Of a stretch of 64,000 bases of DNA, positions 27,289 through 37,700 are shown in pieces. The notes beneath the pieces were generated by a model. It was given only the letters and a program-made list of their open reading frames with translations, did not search any database and was not told the origin of the DNA. The position numbers were made by a program, and so were the translations under genes. This DNA comes from an uncultured Nitrososphaerales archaeon (GTDB taxonomy: Archaea; Thermoproteota; Nitrososphaeria; Nitrososphaerales; Gagatemarchaeaceae). The stretch covers positions 1,408,001-1,472,000 of the forward strand of contig OY970160.1 in the NCBI GenBank assembly GCA_963706445.1, in the 5' to 3' direction. Position 1 is the first letter of the stretch, and the number at the start of each line of letters is the position of its first letter.

Positions 27289-28653
27289 CTAGCCCAGGGG
27301 CTCCACAGCTTCCGACGGAGATGACCCAAGCCTGCGCCAGAGACCGTCCATGGCCTTCAGCACTTTCGCTTCGGATTTCTGAAGGTCGACCCTCAGGACC
27401 TGCTTGCTTCTCATAATCAATTCGCCGTCCACCACCACGTCCCTCACGTTCGGCCCCTTCAGGCCGTTCACAATGTAGCCGTAGACAGAACCGGCGTAAG
27501 GCGTGGCCAGGAACGACGGACGCACCACGATCAGGTCGGCCCGCTTGCCAGCTTCGAGGGACCCGAGGGACTTCAGCTCATAGGCTTTCGCCGCGTTGAC
27601 GGTGCACATCTCGACGACTTCCTGGGGAGACGGCCTGTTCGGATTCCTCCTCGCCACCCTCTGCAGGAGGAAGGCGGCGCGCATGTTCTCGAACATGTCG
27701 AAGATGTACCCGTCGTTGCCGGCACAGACGTTCACCCCCTTGTCAAGCATCTCCAGAAGGGGAGCGACGCCGACGGCGTTGAGCATGTTGCTCATGGGGT
27801 TGTGGGCAATGCTTGCCGATGAGGCGGCAATCAGATCAATCTCCTCCTCGCTCAGATGGACGCAGTGGGCGAGTACAGACCTCGACGACAGGAGGCCTAC
27901 GTCCTTCAGCCTCTCGACGGACCTCTTGCCATAGCGCTCCATGTTGTGGTAGCCGTCGTTGGGTCCCTCCGAGACGTGGATGGTGAGCGGGACCCTGTGC
28001 TTCTCACTGGCCTCCGCCCCCCGCGAAAGCAGGTCGTCCGAGACGGTGAACGATGCGTGGAGGCTTACCATCCCCATGGCCCTCCCCTTGTCTTTCTTCG
28101 CGATGAACCTCAGACTCTCCTTCAGCCCCCTTCTCCCTTCCTCGATGCTCCTCCTCTCCGTCGCCTCGAATGAGATTATGCCCCTGATGCCAACTTCGTT
28201 CGAAGCCTTCGCGATTTCGTCGAGGGAGCCTTCTATCGAGTTGGGGGCGGAGTATGTGTCCGCAAAGCAAGTCGTCCCGTTCATCAGCGACTCGACGGAC
28301 GCCGACAGGGTCGTCGCATAGGCGTCGGCGTTGGTAAGCGCCTCGTCCACGGGCCACCACACCCTCTGGAGGATCTGAAGGAAGTCTGACGGGGGCTTCA
28401 CGTTCAGCGCTGACCCCCTGAGGGCTATCCCGTACAGATGGGTATGGCCGCAGATGAGCCCCGGCATCACAATGCACCCCCTCGCGTCGATCACCTCGTC
28501 GGGCCCGAAACCCCGGGCGACTCTGTCTGACGGTCCCACGGCAAGTATCCGGCCGTCTTCGATGGCTACGGCTGAATCGTAGATGACTCTCCTGTGTTCG
28601 TCCATGGTCACCACGGTGCCCCCCTTCACGAGGAGTTTGCTTGACAAGGGCAA
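27289..28653 (-). CDS. SsnA-like amidohydrolase
   Basis: PGLICGHTHLY..LRG, FLQILQRVWWPVD (like SsnA LWWRLD), LHASFTVSD, HVSEG, HNPMSNM, GNDG. Confidence 0.85.
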   Translation of the reverse strand: MPLSSKLLVKGGTVVTMDEHRRVIYDSAVAIEDGRILAVGPSDRVARGFGPDEVIDARGCIVMPGLICGHTHLYGIALRGSALNVKPPSDFLQILQRVWWPVDEALTNADAYATTLSASVESLMNGTTCFADTYSAPNSIEGSLDEIAKASNEVGIRGIISFEATERRSIEEGRRGLKESLRFIAKKDKGRAMGMVSLHASFTVSDDLLSRGAEASEKHRVPLTIHVSEGPNDGYHNMERYGKRSVERLKDVGLLSSRSVLAHCVHLSEEEIDLIAASSASIAHNPMSNMLNAVGVAPLLEMLDKGVNVCAGNDGYIFDMFENMRAAFLLQRVARRNPNRPSPQEVVEMCTVNAAKAYELKSLGSLEAGKRADLIVVRPSFLATPYAGSVYGYIVNGLKGPNVRDVVVDGELIMRSKQVLRVDLQKSEAKVLKAMDGLWRRLGSSPSEAVEPLG

Positions 28654-28667
28654 TCACCGACTCTTCG

Positions 28668-29681
28668 CTACGCCAGCGACTTGACCACGTATTCGATGTT
28701 GCCACTGAGTGGAAGGAGTAGTGGGGACTTGCACCCGGCGGCCATGTACTCCTCGATCTTGGCTCTGCACTCTTGAGGCGTCCCCGACGCGGTGAGCATG
28801 CGGACGATCTCGTCTGGCACGATCTTCGTCGCTCTCTCGATGCCCCCTGGCTTGGCTGGCCACCCGCCCATCTCCTTCTGGACGGCGGCAATCAGGTCCT
28901 CGGCCACCCCACTCGCCCTCATGATGTGCGGCTGCTGCCCCAGGGTCATGGTTACATGGCTCTTGGCAAGCTTCACGGCCTTGTCGGAATCCTCGTCCAT
29001 CGAGCATGCGATGAGTTGAGGGGAATCAATCTTGTCGGGGTCCCTTCCAGCCTTCTGAGCCCCGCGCCTGATGCTCTCCCAGGCCTTCTTGTTGTATTCC
29101 GGAGATACGAGGTAGTTCAGCAGGACGCCGTCGGCTATCTCGCCTGCGAGCTCGAGCATCTGGAATCCAGTCCCGCCGATGTATATGGGGACAGCTCTCG
29201 GACCCGCCCCAGTCCCGTGCAGGGTGTCGAGGCTCACGCCGTCCATCTTGACGAACTCCCCCTGGAAGGTGACCTCTTCGGCGTTGAACAGTCGTTTGAT
29301 TACCTGTACGTACTCTCTCATGCACAGTAGGGGCTTGGTCCTGTCTATCCCCACCTTCTTCGCGAGTGGGTCCCACCATGCCCCGAGACCCAGGATGGCC
29401 CTCCCCGCTGAGAGCTCGTCGAGGGTGGCCCAGGTCTGGGCGATTAGGGCGGCGTTCCTAGTCCAGGTGTTTATGACGCCGGCCCCCACCTTGATCCTCT
29501 TTGTGTCCGTCGCGATGGCGGTTACGGGGACGACTGCGTCCCTTGCCAGCCTCGACTCTGCAATCCAGACAGAATCGAACCCATGGTCTTCCGCCACCTG
29601 TGAGAACCTGACCATCTCCCGGACGTGCATGTCCTGGAGGTACAGTCCCAGCCTGCTCAACGAGCCTGGAGCTTTGGACAA
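28668..29681 (-). CDS. LLM-class (luciferase-like, Mer-like, probably F420-dependent) oxidoreductase
   Basis: GFDSVWIAE, GVINTWTRN, ATLDELSAGRAILGLG, PIYIGGTG..MLELAGEIADG. Confidence 0.88.
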   Translation of the reverse strand: MSKAPGSLSRLGLYLQDMHVREMVRFSQVAEDHGFDSVWIAESRLARDAVVPVTAIATDTKRIKVGAGVINTWTRNAALIAQTWATLDELSAGRAILGLGAWWDPLAKKVGIDRTKPLLCMREYVQVIKRLFNAEEVTFQGEFVKMDGVSLDTLHGTGAGPRAVPIYIGGTGFQMLELAGEIADGVLLNYLVSPEYNKKAWESIRRGAQKAGRDPDKIDSPQLIACSMDEDSDKAVKLAKSHVTMTLGQQPHIMRASGVAEDLIAAVQKEMGGWPAKPGGIERATKIVPDEIVRMLTASGTPQECRAKIEEYMAAGCKSPLLLPLSGNIEYVVKSLA

Positions 29682-29844
29682 CCGTTTCGCCTCAATCGCA
29701 GGCCTTCACATTCGATTTAAAGCAATTCCCTATCTGGGCCTGCAGTCCGAGCCTCCGGTAGGTCCCAAGTCCACATTGGGCGAATCTCTTTTCTTTGCAT
29801 GGACAATACTTATAGAATATCGTCGGTCCGTTAAATTTTCCAAA

Positions 29845-31194
29845 TTGGGAGAGATAACTGCAATCGCCAATGGGGTAGTCATTACAGTCGATCGTAGCGA
29901 CACAATCTACGGAGACGGCGCGGTAATAGTCGAAGATGGAAGGATAATCGATGTTGGTAAGACGGACGAAATCCTGCCAAAGTATAGAAAGGATATTGTC
30001 ATTGATGCGAAGAAGTGCGCAGTGCTACCTGGTTTTGTGAATGCTCACTTTCACTCTGGCACCATCCGAGGAATTGCCGAAGACCTTCCACTGTGGGAGT
30101 GGCTTAGAAGATACATTGATCCGAAGCACCGTGTTCTGACCCCAAGCGATGCCCATGCTTCATCCAGGCTTTGCTACACAGAATCCATCAAAGCGGGCGT
30201 AACCACTGTGCTCGACATGGAGAGGTTCATGGATAGATGTGCTGATTCGGCCGAAGAGGTCGGGCTTAGGGCGGTTCTCGCACCATATGTTTCTGATAAA
30301 TTCGAAGGCTTCGAAAAGCCGGAGGACAACTACAGGCTATTGGCCGAGAGAAATGGCTCGGCGAACGGCAGGGTCAACGTCTGGCTCGGCATGGAGCATC
30401 TGATGTATTGCAGCGAAGAACTCTACAGAAAAGGGGCCGAGCTCGCAAGAAAATACAACGTCGGGATACACACCCACGGGGAAGAGTCAAAAGAGATGGC
30501 AGAGAGGATAACAAAAGAACACGGCGGAAGAAGACCCACGAAGGTTCTGCGCGACTACGGAATCCTAGGGCCACGTACCGTCTTGGCTCACTGCGTCTGG
30601 CTGGATGACGAAGAGATGGGAATAATAGCCGAAACCAAAACCTCCGTAGCTCATTGTCCGGTGAGCAATTTCAAGCTTGCAAGTGGAGTTGCAAGGGTTC
30701 CGGAAATGCTAGGTCTAGGGATAGTAGTGGGCCTTGGAAGTGACGGCATTGAGGAAAACAACAGGATTGACCTCATGCAGGAGATGAAGATGGCTGGACT
30801 GATTCAGAAGGGAACGCATAGAGACGCAACTCTCATGCCCGCGAAAAAGCTGCTTAGGATGGCAACAATCGATGGTGCGACAGCGCTTGGGCTCGGAGGC
30901 GAGGTCGGGTCTTTAGAGAGAGGAAAGAAGGCGGATATCTCGATCCTAGATCTAAATCAACCCCATTTGACACCCGCGCTCACCGGAGAGTTCTTCAATG
31001 TGGTAAGCAACATAGTGTACGCTGCGCAATCTGATGACGTACAAACGGTAATGGTCGACGGTAGAGTGATAATGGAGAATAGAAAGATTGCTCACCTGAA
31101 CGAGCAGGAAATCATTGATGAAGCAACAAAAGCTTCCGTTGGAGTTCTTGAGAGAATAAAGGAACTCGTCCCGCCTGATATCAAGTCGAAGTAA
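29845..31194 (+). CDS. amidohydrolase-family deaminase (low-GC gene)
   Basis: PGFVNAHFH, HTHGEE, HCPVSNFKLASG, GSDG. Real start probably TTG 29845; the ORF-track extension is antisense to the LLM gene. Confidence 0.88.
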   Translation: MGEITAIANGVVITVDRSDTIYGDGAVIVEDGRIIDVGKTDEILPKYRKDIVIDAKKCAVLPGFVNAHFHSGTIRGIAEDLPLWEWLRRYIDPKHRVLTPSDAHASSRLCYTESIKAGVTTVLDMERFMDRCADSAEEVGLRAVLAPYVSDKFEGFEKPEDNYRLLAERNGSANGRVNVWLGMEHLMYCSEELYRKGAELARKYNVGIHTHGEESKEMAERITKEHGGRRPTKVLRDYGILGPRTVLAHCVWLDDEEMGIIAETKTSVAHCPVSNFKLASGVARVPEMLGLGIVVGLGSDGIEENNRIDLMQEMKMAGLIQKGTHRDATLMPAKKLLRMATIDGATALGLGGEVGSLERGKKADISILDLNQPHLTPALTGEFFNVVSNIVYAAQSDDVQTVMVDGRVIMENRKIAHLNEQEIIDEATKASVGVLERIKELVPPDIKSK

Positions 31195-31284
31195 CCGCGA
31201 TTCGCTTAGGTCGACTAACGAGTTAGACGCCTACAACCGGAGAACTGCGACCCTGCGTCAAATATTAAAACCAATCAATTCCGC

Positions 31285-32625
31285 GTGACTGATATGACTC
31301 GGGAAGTGGATCTGCTAATCAAGGGTGCAGACATCCTTACTTTGGACCCTAGCCGCCCCGAGCTGCGCAACCATGACGTCGCCATTAAGGATGGGAAAAT
31401 CGTCGAAGTCCAGGCAGGCCTAAGATACGATTCTAAACTTGATGTGGCAGGGAAAGGAAAGGTCGTTCTGCCCGGTCTTGCCGACTGTCACACCCACTGT
31501 TTTCAGATTTTTCTTAGAGGCTCGCTTTCCGCAAGAGACAGAACCATACATCCGATCTGGTTGAAGGTCCTGATGCCGTTTGAAGCGGATATGCAAGAGG
31601 ACGAGGCGCAGGTCAGCGCAGAACTCGCATGCCTTAACATGATTAGAAAAGGGATAACCGCCTTCGCCGACGCAGGAGGGCCCTATCCTCAGACCCTTGC
31701 CAGGGTGGCCGAGGACGCAGGACTCAGGGCAAGGATAACCCACTCGACCATGGACAAAGGACCTGAGAACTACAACCGAGGAATCAAGTACAACAAAAAG
31801 CTGGTCAGCCAACTCAAGGGTCCAAGGGTCAAGGGCTGGTATTCGATTCGACAGATCATGGTCTCGAGCGACGAGCTCATCGAAGAAACCATCGCGGAAG
31901 CGAGGAAGGACGATGTGGGAATCCACATCCATCTTAATGAGGAAACATCTGAAATCGAACATTCGATGACTCGTTGGAACGAAAGACCATTCGAACACTT
32001 CCATTCGAAGGGTTATCTTGATAGCAGAATTTTGGCCGCACACTGCGCTTTCCTCTCCGACAACGAAACGAAGATCATAGCACAAGACTCGCCCAGCATT
32101 GTGCACTGCCCAAAAATCAACATGACCTACATGACTTTCCCCAAGGTTCCAAGGCTCTTGGAACTAGGAGTGAATGTTGCCCTCGGGTCGGACGGGGGGA
32201 GCTATACGGGGCTTGACCTGTTTACGGAGATGAATATCGCGTTAGCAGCCCACGTTGCCAGCTTTGGAGCCCCATATCATGATTACGAAGTAATAACGCC
32301 ACTCGAACTGTTGAAGATGGCTTCGACGAACGGCTACAAGGCCATCAGGCAGATGGATGGGGGGGTTATCAGAACAGGGGCGCTCGCCGACCTAGTCCTG
32401 ATAGACAGGAACCAGGCGCACTTGAGGCCGCTACATGACCTGTCTAACCTGCCACTCTATGCGACGGGTAATGATGTGGTGGATGTGGTTATCGACGGTC
32501 AGGTCATAATGAGAGATGGTCAGGTATTGACCATGGATGAAGAGTCGGTCCTGAAGAGAGCAGAGGATATGGAGCCAGAGGTGCATGAGAGGATAGACCG
32601 TTTCAAACGGAAAAAAGTCGGCTGA
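31285..32625 (+). CDS. amidohydrolase-family deaminase (low-GC gene)
   Basis: PGLADCHTH, HIHLNE, AHC, HCPKIN, GSDGG. Confidence 0.88.
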   Translation: MTDMTREVDLLIKGADILTLDPSRPELRNHDVAIKDGKIVEVQAGLRYDSKLDVAGKGKVVLPGLADCHTHCFQIFLRGSLSARDRTIHPIWLKVLMPFEADMQEDEAQVSAELACLNMIRKGITAFADAGGPYPQTLARVAEDAGLRARITHSTMDKGPENYNRGIKYNKKLVSQLKGPRVKGWYSIRQIMVSSDELIEETIAEARKDDVGIHIHLNEETSEIEHSMTRWNERPFEHFHSKGYLDSRILAAHCAFLSDNETKIIAQDSPSIVHCPKINMTYMTFPKVPRLLELGVNVALGSDGGSYTGLDLFTEMNIALAAHVASFGAPYHDYEVITPLELLKMASTNGYKAIRQMDGGVIRTGALADLVLIDRNQAHLRPLHDLSNLPLYATGNDVVDVVIDGQVIMRDGQVLTMDEESVLKRAEDMEPEVHERIDRFKRKKVG

Positions 32626-32893
32626 AGAAGACACTCAGAACTTGGGCGAAGAAGGAAAACCAGGTCTGGCCGGATTCCAATCTCCAGAATTGTGGGCTGA
32701 ACAAGGCTGATTTCCACCTTGGTGAAGAAAGAGCCTGCGCGCGAAACATTCACACGATGGCTGTCATGGGTTGCCGTGGGCGGCATCGGACCTTCGGCTG
32801 AAAATACCGCGGGGCTTTTTTCCGGACTGCTGCACCGTGGTGTCTGAAATAGGCGCTTACCAAAGCCAGCTGATTGACCAAGCGCCCAGAGAG

Positions 32894-33691
32894 CTATGGA
32901 GCAACAGCCCCGCTTGTTGAAGAGGAGGTCGAGTGTACGACCTCTTTGTCGGCCTCGGGAAGTTCGTACCACTTCTTCCTCTCTCCGACAGCGGCCCTCA
33001 TCTTCCAACCCATGCTCTTCGGGGCTGCCCTCGATAGACTTCTTCAGGTTCTCCGCTTGCTCCGGATGCTCTCTTCTTCTGTTCCTCTTCGAGGCCGACC
33101 TTCGTTCGCGAATTCAGGGATTTTCGCCAGGTTCGTGGTGAACGTCTTGTAGATCCCCCAGTCCTCGGCGCAGAGCCTAGCGATGTAGCTGCCGTTGATC
33201 TTGTCCTGGGAGTCTTCCGTCCGAGGTCGTGGTCTAGCAGTATTGCCATGACGTCCTTCATGTCCTTCTCGTTGATCTCCACAATCTGAAGCTTGGTCGA
33301 GAGGACAGGTCCGCAAGTGGGAGCGTCTCCCGTTCTCGAGGTCAATCCGCTTCTTGAAGTCAAACTTGTGGCACATTTCGAAGACGTCCAGGAAGACGTC
33401 CACCCGCCTGCGTGTTCGCAGGTCGTTGAAGATCAGCCTGGTGACCTGAAATGCGTTGAATCTCTCTCTCGGCGTGTACCCGAGTTCTTTGAAGAGTTGG
33501 CTGATCTTAGCGGTCTCCTTCCGGTGGCCGATCACGTCGATGTCGACCTCGCGCCTAGCAGCGGAGGCTTCCTGCGGAAGGGCACCGCGTAACCACGGCG
33601 ACCCCCCCGATGAGGCGGAGGGTGATGCCGTTCTCATCGGCGGCTCGAATTATCCGTGTCGGCTTCGTCTTCGAGGTGACTCTAGTGGCAT
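32894..33691 (-). pseudogene. nucleotidyltransferase-like hypothetical gene, multiply frameshifted
   Basis: Fragments in different frames: ITLRLIGG, DIDVIG, FNAFQVTRL, VDVFLDVFEMCH, TKLQIVEINEKDMKD, CAEDWGIYKT, WKMRAAVGERKKWYELPE. Confidence 0.7.
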
Positions 33692-33922
33692 GAGGGAGCG
33701 CTCAGGTTGAATTTCACGAGTCCAAACATGCCGGTCAGTCGAACATGTCTAAGAATGTTTTCGCATCGCCTGGCTGACGTCCGATGGTCTGCCGCATCCC
33801 CGAATTGGCCACTGTGATTGACATCATTGCTAACCCGAACATGTTAGGTAAGCACGGAACTAACAAGGAATTAGTGGAGCTTAAATAACAAATTCCCCGA
33901 TGCTGGACTGCGAAACCTAGCC

Positions 33923-35625
33923 TTGAGCGAGAAGGAGAGGCAAGCGGTGGTACGCACCGGGTAATGCGACGGGGACGGGCAGCCGGTTCACTCCGCGGTT
34001 TTTGTCAGAGACGCAACCGGTCTGGTCAAGAACGTCTCCTTCATCGACACCATCGCCCTGAACCTGAGCAACATGTCGATCGGGGCACTGCTCGGTGTGA
34101 TCGGCATATCCGGGCTCCTCCCGATGCTCTTCGCGGGCCAGGACCTGACAGGGGTGAACCTGGAGTACCTTTGCATCATTGCGTTCCTCGTTTCAGTGCC
34201 CCAGATTGTGATCTACACCATCCTGACGCAGACGCTATCCACGCGCCGGAGGCGACTACGTCTTCGTATCCAGGAATCTCGGCGGATTCGTAGGCAGCGT
34301 AGCCTCTTTCGTGGGATACACGTCGGAAACGACCGCCTATCTTGCGCTGATTGCACTATCGACGGTGTTTGCCATAGGGACGGTGGGGCTCTTCTTCAGC
34401 TCGTCAAGCGTCTTCTACCTGGGTCTCGCGACCCCCCAGGGTGCATATCCAGGTGCGCCGGCTACGCCCGACTGGCAGTTCCTGATCGGCATACTGATCT
34501 TTGCAGTCCTGATCGGCATAAACATCGTGAGGCCGAAGGCAGGGTACAGGCTCGTTTCGATACTGACGATATAGGAATAATCGCGCTGCTCATCGCCATC
34601 GGCACCTATCTCGTCGCTGGCTCCACAGGGGTCCAGAACTACATCAACGGGGTCAGCGGCAACGGTCTCTTCACAAACTCCATCGCCGCCTCACGACCTA
34701 TGCCAACATGGTCGCAGGGAGTCACACCGGAGGACCTGGTGGCTCTACTGGTTTCGCCTTGGGCCCGACGATCTTCCTCCTCCCGCTGATAGCAGCTTTC
34801 ACCTTTCCTTGGCTTAACGCAGCCCAGCTGTCGCAGGCGAAATCAAGGGGAAGAGCGCCGTGAGGTGGAACGTGCCAATCTCGGCGGTTCTGGCGTTCGG
34901 CTTCCTCATCAGCAGCATCTGCTGTCATGTACTGGGCAGGAGGTCAGGCGTTCATCAACGGAGCCTTCTCCACCCCATGCCTACGTGTACGGAAGTCCGG
35001 TCGGGTTCAACTTCTGGACTCTCGCGATGGGGATTTCGGGCAATTCAGTAGTTGCCGCGTTCATAGGCCTCGGCTGGGTCCTGGCGAACCTTGGCGTCCT
35101 CGCATACGGCATCATCGTGATCTCCAGGTACCTGCTGGCCCAATCCTTCGACAGGTTCCTCCCGTCGACGATCTCCGATGTCAACCCGAGATTCGGTTCG
35201 CCGGTAAAGGCGTTCCTCATCTCGTTGGTCGTGACGGTGGTGCTCGTCGGGATCGCCGCCTACAACTACACGACTTCGAGCCTCGGTGCAGGGACGAATC
35301 CTTTGTTCGGGGCAATTCTGGCCTCGATGATCTACTTCATGATCGTTGGAGCCGCGGCTATCGTGCATGCGCATAAAGAAGGAAGACGGCATCACGAGAT
35401 CGATACTGGCGCTGGCGGGCAATCGGAAACATCGTGGTCTTCGGGTTCATCTCCTACCAGTTCCTGACCTATCAGAGCATGTGGTCCATCAATTCGTTCA
35501 CCGTTCAGCTGGCTGGTAGGATGCCTCGTTCTGGGCCATCCTCCTGTTCGTCGGTTCCTACTACTACCACAAGGCGACGCGGGGTCAACATCAACCTGGC
35601 GTACAAGGAAATCCCGCCAGAGTAG
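33923..35625 (+). pseudogene. APC-family amino acid/amine permease, multiply frameshifted
   Basis: N-terminal VFVRDATGLVKNVS, SRYLLAQSFDRFLP..VNPRFGSP and C-terminal AYKEIPPE*, split over at least 5 frame segments. TATA-like TTAAATAA at 33881. Confidence 0.8.
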
Positions 35626-35629
35626 TCTT

Positions 35630-36594
35630 CTAGCCCGACGTCAGCAGGTAGGACCTTATCCTGTCTCCATCTAGCTGAGCCAGGAACCCTCGGAGAATCC
35701 CTTCGCCGTATTCGCTCCCAGGGTTGGCGCAGAGCGTCCTCCCTATCTTGACGATTCCCTTGGACTCGTGGATGTGCCCGTGGATCCCAAGCAGGGGCTG
35801 GTGCGTCTCGATGGCCTTTCTGCACGGCGGAACTCCCGGCCGAGGTCATCTGCACCTGGTTCCCCTTGACGACCACCTTCAGATTCGGCGTCGACCATCG
35901 GCGCCTTGTCGATGAGGGTGTCTGATGGGGGGGACGTGGATGTTGAAGATCGCGGACTTCATGTTCTTCACTCCGGATGCCATTCCTTCGATCTTCTTAC
36001 CCAGTTCGTCCTCGTCGACTTCCCTGGGGCTGTTCCAGGGGGTGTGGTTGGTGTACCCCAGGGTTATCATCTCGTGGTCGCCGTCGATGGACACCACCCT
36101 CCCTTCAGGGTTGACGACGTAGCTTGAGGAGCTCGAGGATCGGGTCGATGTCGAATATGTCGTCGTTCCCGGGCGAGATGTAGCACGTCACGCCGGTCTT
36201 CGCCTAGCCTCTCCTCGGCGAGCTGGACCCAGCTCGCCGACGCGGTCAACCATCGCTTTGTTGAAGGCCGCCTTCACGTTCTTCGGGTCCGCCGAGATCT
36301 CATCGTACTCCTTCTTGGTCATGAGCTGGGTGTAGAAGTCCCGAGTCGCTCGCCTTGGCGACCAGGTCCGTCAACGTCCGCCTTGTTCTTGAGCGTGAGC
36401 TCGTTGCCCTTCGTAACGTGCACCTGTAGGTCCCGTTCCCTTGCTCGACAATCGGAATCGAGCACCTTCCCGGTCACGTCGCCCCCGAGGACGAGCACGT
36501 TGGCGTTGTAGAATTTCGCGGCGTTCAGGAACTTCTTGAAGCATCTGGTCGAGCCGTGGACATCGGTGATGAAGAAGACCCGGGACGTAGCCAC
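35630..36594 (-). pseudogene. Icc-like metallophosphoesterase, multiply frameshifted
   Basis: TDVHGS, GGDVTGK, PGNDD, TPWNSPRE, HVPP, HGHIHES, NPGSEY and YLLTSG* occur in shifting frames. Confidence 0.8.
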
Positions 36595-36650
36595 GCCGAA
36601 CGGCGCCTGTCCGCGAGTAGATTAAGGTGAGGCCTAGTCGGTAGGACTGG

Positions 36651-37676
36651 CTACTTTGCCGTGCCCGCCAGGAGGGCCAGCACCGCCGCCCTGATGTAGA
36701 GGAGGTTCTCCGCCTGGTCGTAGATGACGCTCCGGGGGCCGTCCATGACCTCGTCGTCCGCCTCCTGACCCCTGAAGACCGGGAGGACGTGAGTGACCAC
36801 CCCTCCCTTGCTCATGGTGTCGGCCAGTTTCTTTGTCAGGCGCCAGTCCTTGTGCCTGTTGTGCAGCTCCACCTCTTTCTCCTTGGTGAACCTGTTCATC
36901 CCCGTCATGACGCAGTCGTGGCTGGCCCAGCTCCTTGGGAAGACGACGTCGGCGCCTTTCATCGCCTCTTCGGGGCTGTGGCTGATCTCGAGGCTCCCCC
37001 CTGCGGCTTTGGCGTTGCTCCGGGCCTGCTGGACGAGCTTGTCGTCGAGGTCGAATCCTTCTGGATACGCGAGGACGGTGTCCATGCCGTACTTTGTCGA
37101 AATGAGCATCTCGTCCTGCATGCTCCCCCAGCTCCTGATGTGGTCGCTGTAGGTCCACAGGAGTGCGTACTTCTTCTTCTGAAGGTTCCCCCCGAGCTTC
37201 TCTTTGAGGGTGAGCATGTCTGTTATTGCCTGAGTGGGGTGATAGACGTCGTCGGCCATGTTCACCACCGGAATGTCAGCGTACTTCGCGTACTCCCTGA
37301 TCGCGGCGTTGCCCCTGCCGTAGACGTAGTCGACGGCGGACTCGAGGATCCTCACGCCGAGAGCGTGCCCCATCCGCTCGTACATCTTCGCCATGTCCTT
37401 GATTGACTCCCCCTCGGAGCCCCTCGTGGTCGCGAAGTCGATGAACTGCGAATGTCCCCCGAGAATCGTGGAGGCGGCTTCGAAGCTCGACCGAGTCCTG
37501 GTGGAGGTGTTGTAGAAGAGCATGAAGAAGGTCCTGTTCTTGAAGAGCTCTGGAACGCCGCCGGCCTTGTACTTCCGCTTTATGTCGGTCGCGAAATCCA
37601 TCAGGTAATCGATTTCGTCTCTGGTCCACTCCTGCGTCGATATGAGGTCCTTTCCGCGAAGGTCTTGGGGTCGCAT
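36651..37676 (-). CDS. transcarbamylase (OTC superfamily, YgeW/AOTCase-like) no. 1
   Basis: STRT, HPTQ, FPRSW, HVLP, QAEN. Lacks the DxxxSMG ornithine-binding loop. Confidence 0.88.
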   Translation of the reverse strand: MRPQDLRGKDLISTQEWTRDEIDYLMDFATDIKRKYKAGGVPELFKNRTFFMLFYNTSTRTRSSFEAASTILGGHSQFIDFATTRGSEGESIKDMAKMYERMGHALGVRILESAVDYVYGRGNAAIREYAKYADIPVVNMADDVYHPTQAITDMLTLKEKLGGNLQKKKYALLWTYSDHIRSWGSMQDEMLISTKYGMDTVLAYPEGFDLDDKLVQQARSNAKAAGGSLEISHSPEEAMKGADVVFPRSWASHDCVMTGMNRFTKEKEVELHNRHKDWRLTKKLADTMSKGGVVTHVLPVFRGQEADDEVMDGPRSVIYDQAENLLYIRAAVLALLAGTAK

Positions 37677-37700
37677 GATGGCGGGCCGACGTTTTTCCGC

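Noticed and set aside
28668-29681. Methanogenesis-type methylene-H4MPT reductase (mer)
   Set aside because: Only general LLM-family similarity, and no C1/H4MPT genes nearby.
29179-29844. N-terminal extension of the 671-aa ORF as a fusion domain
   Set aside because: It is the antisense shadow of the LLM gene plus promoter DNA; amidohydrolase similarity starts at about 29845.
32626-32893. Possible gene remnant after the low-GC deaminases
   Set aside because: No recognisable motif or convincing ORF in any frame.
33720-33850. AACATG(T) repeats in the divergent promoter as an operator
   Set aside because: Only 6-8 bp, irregularly spaced and inside the error-rich zone.
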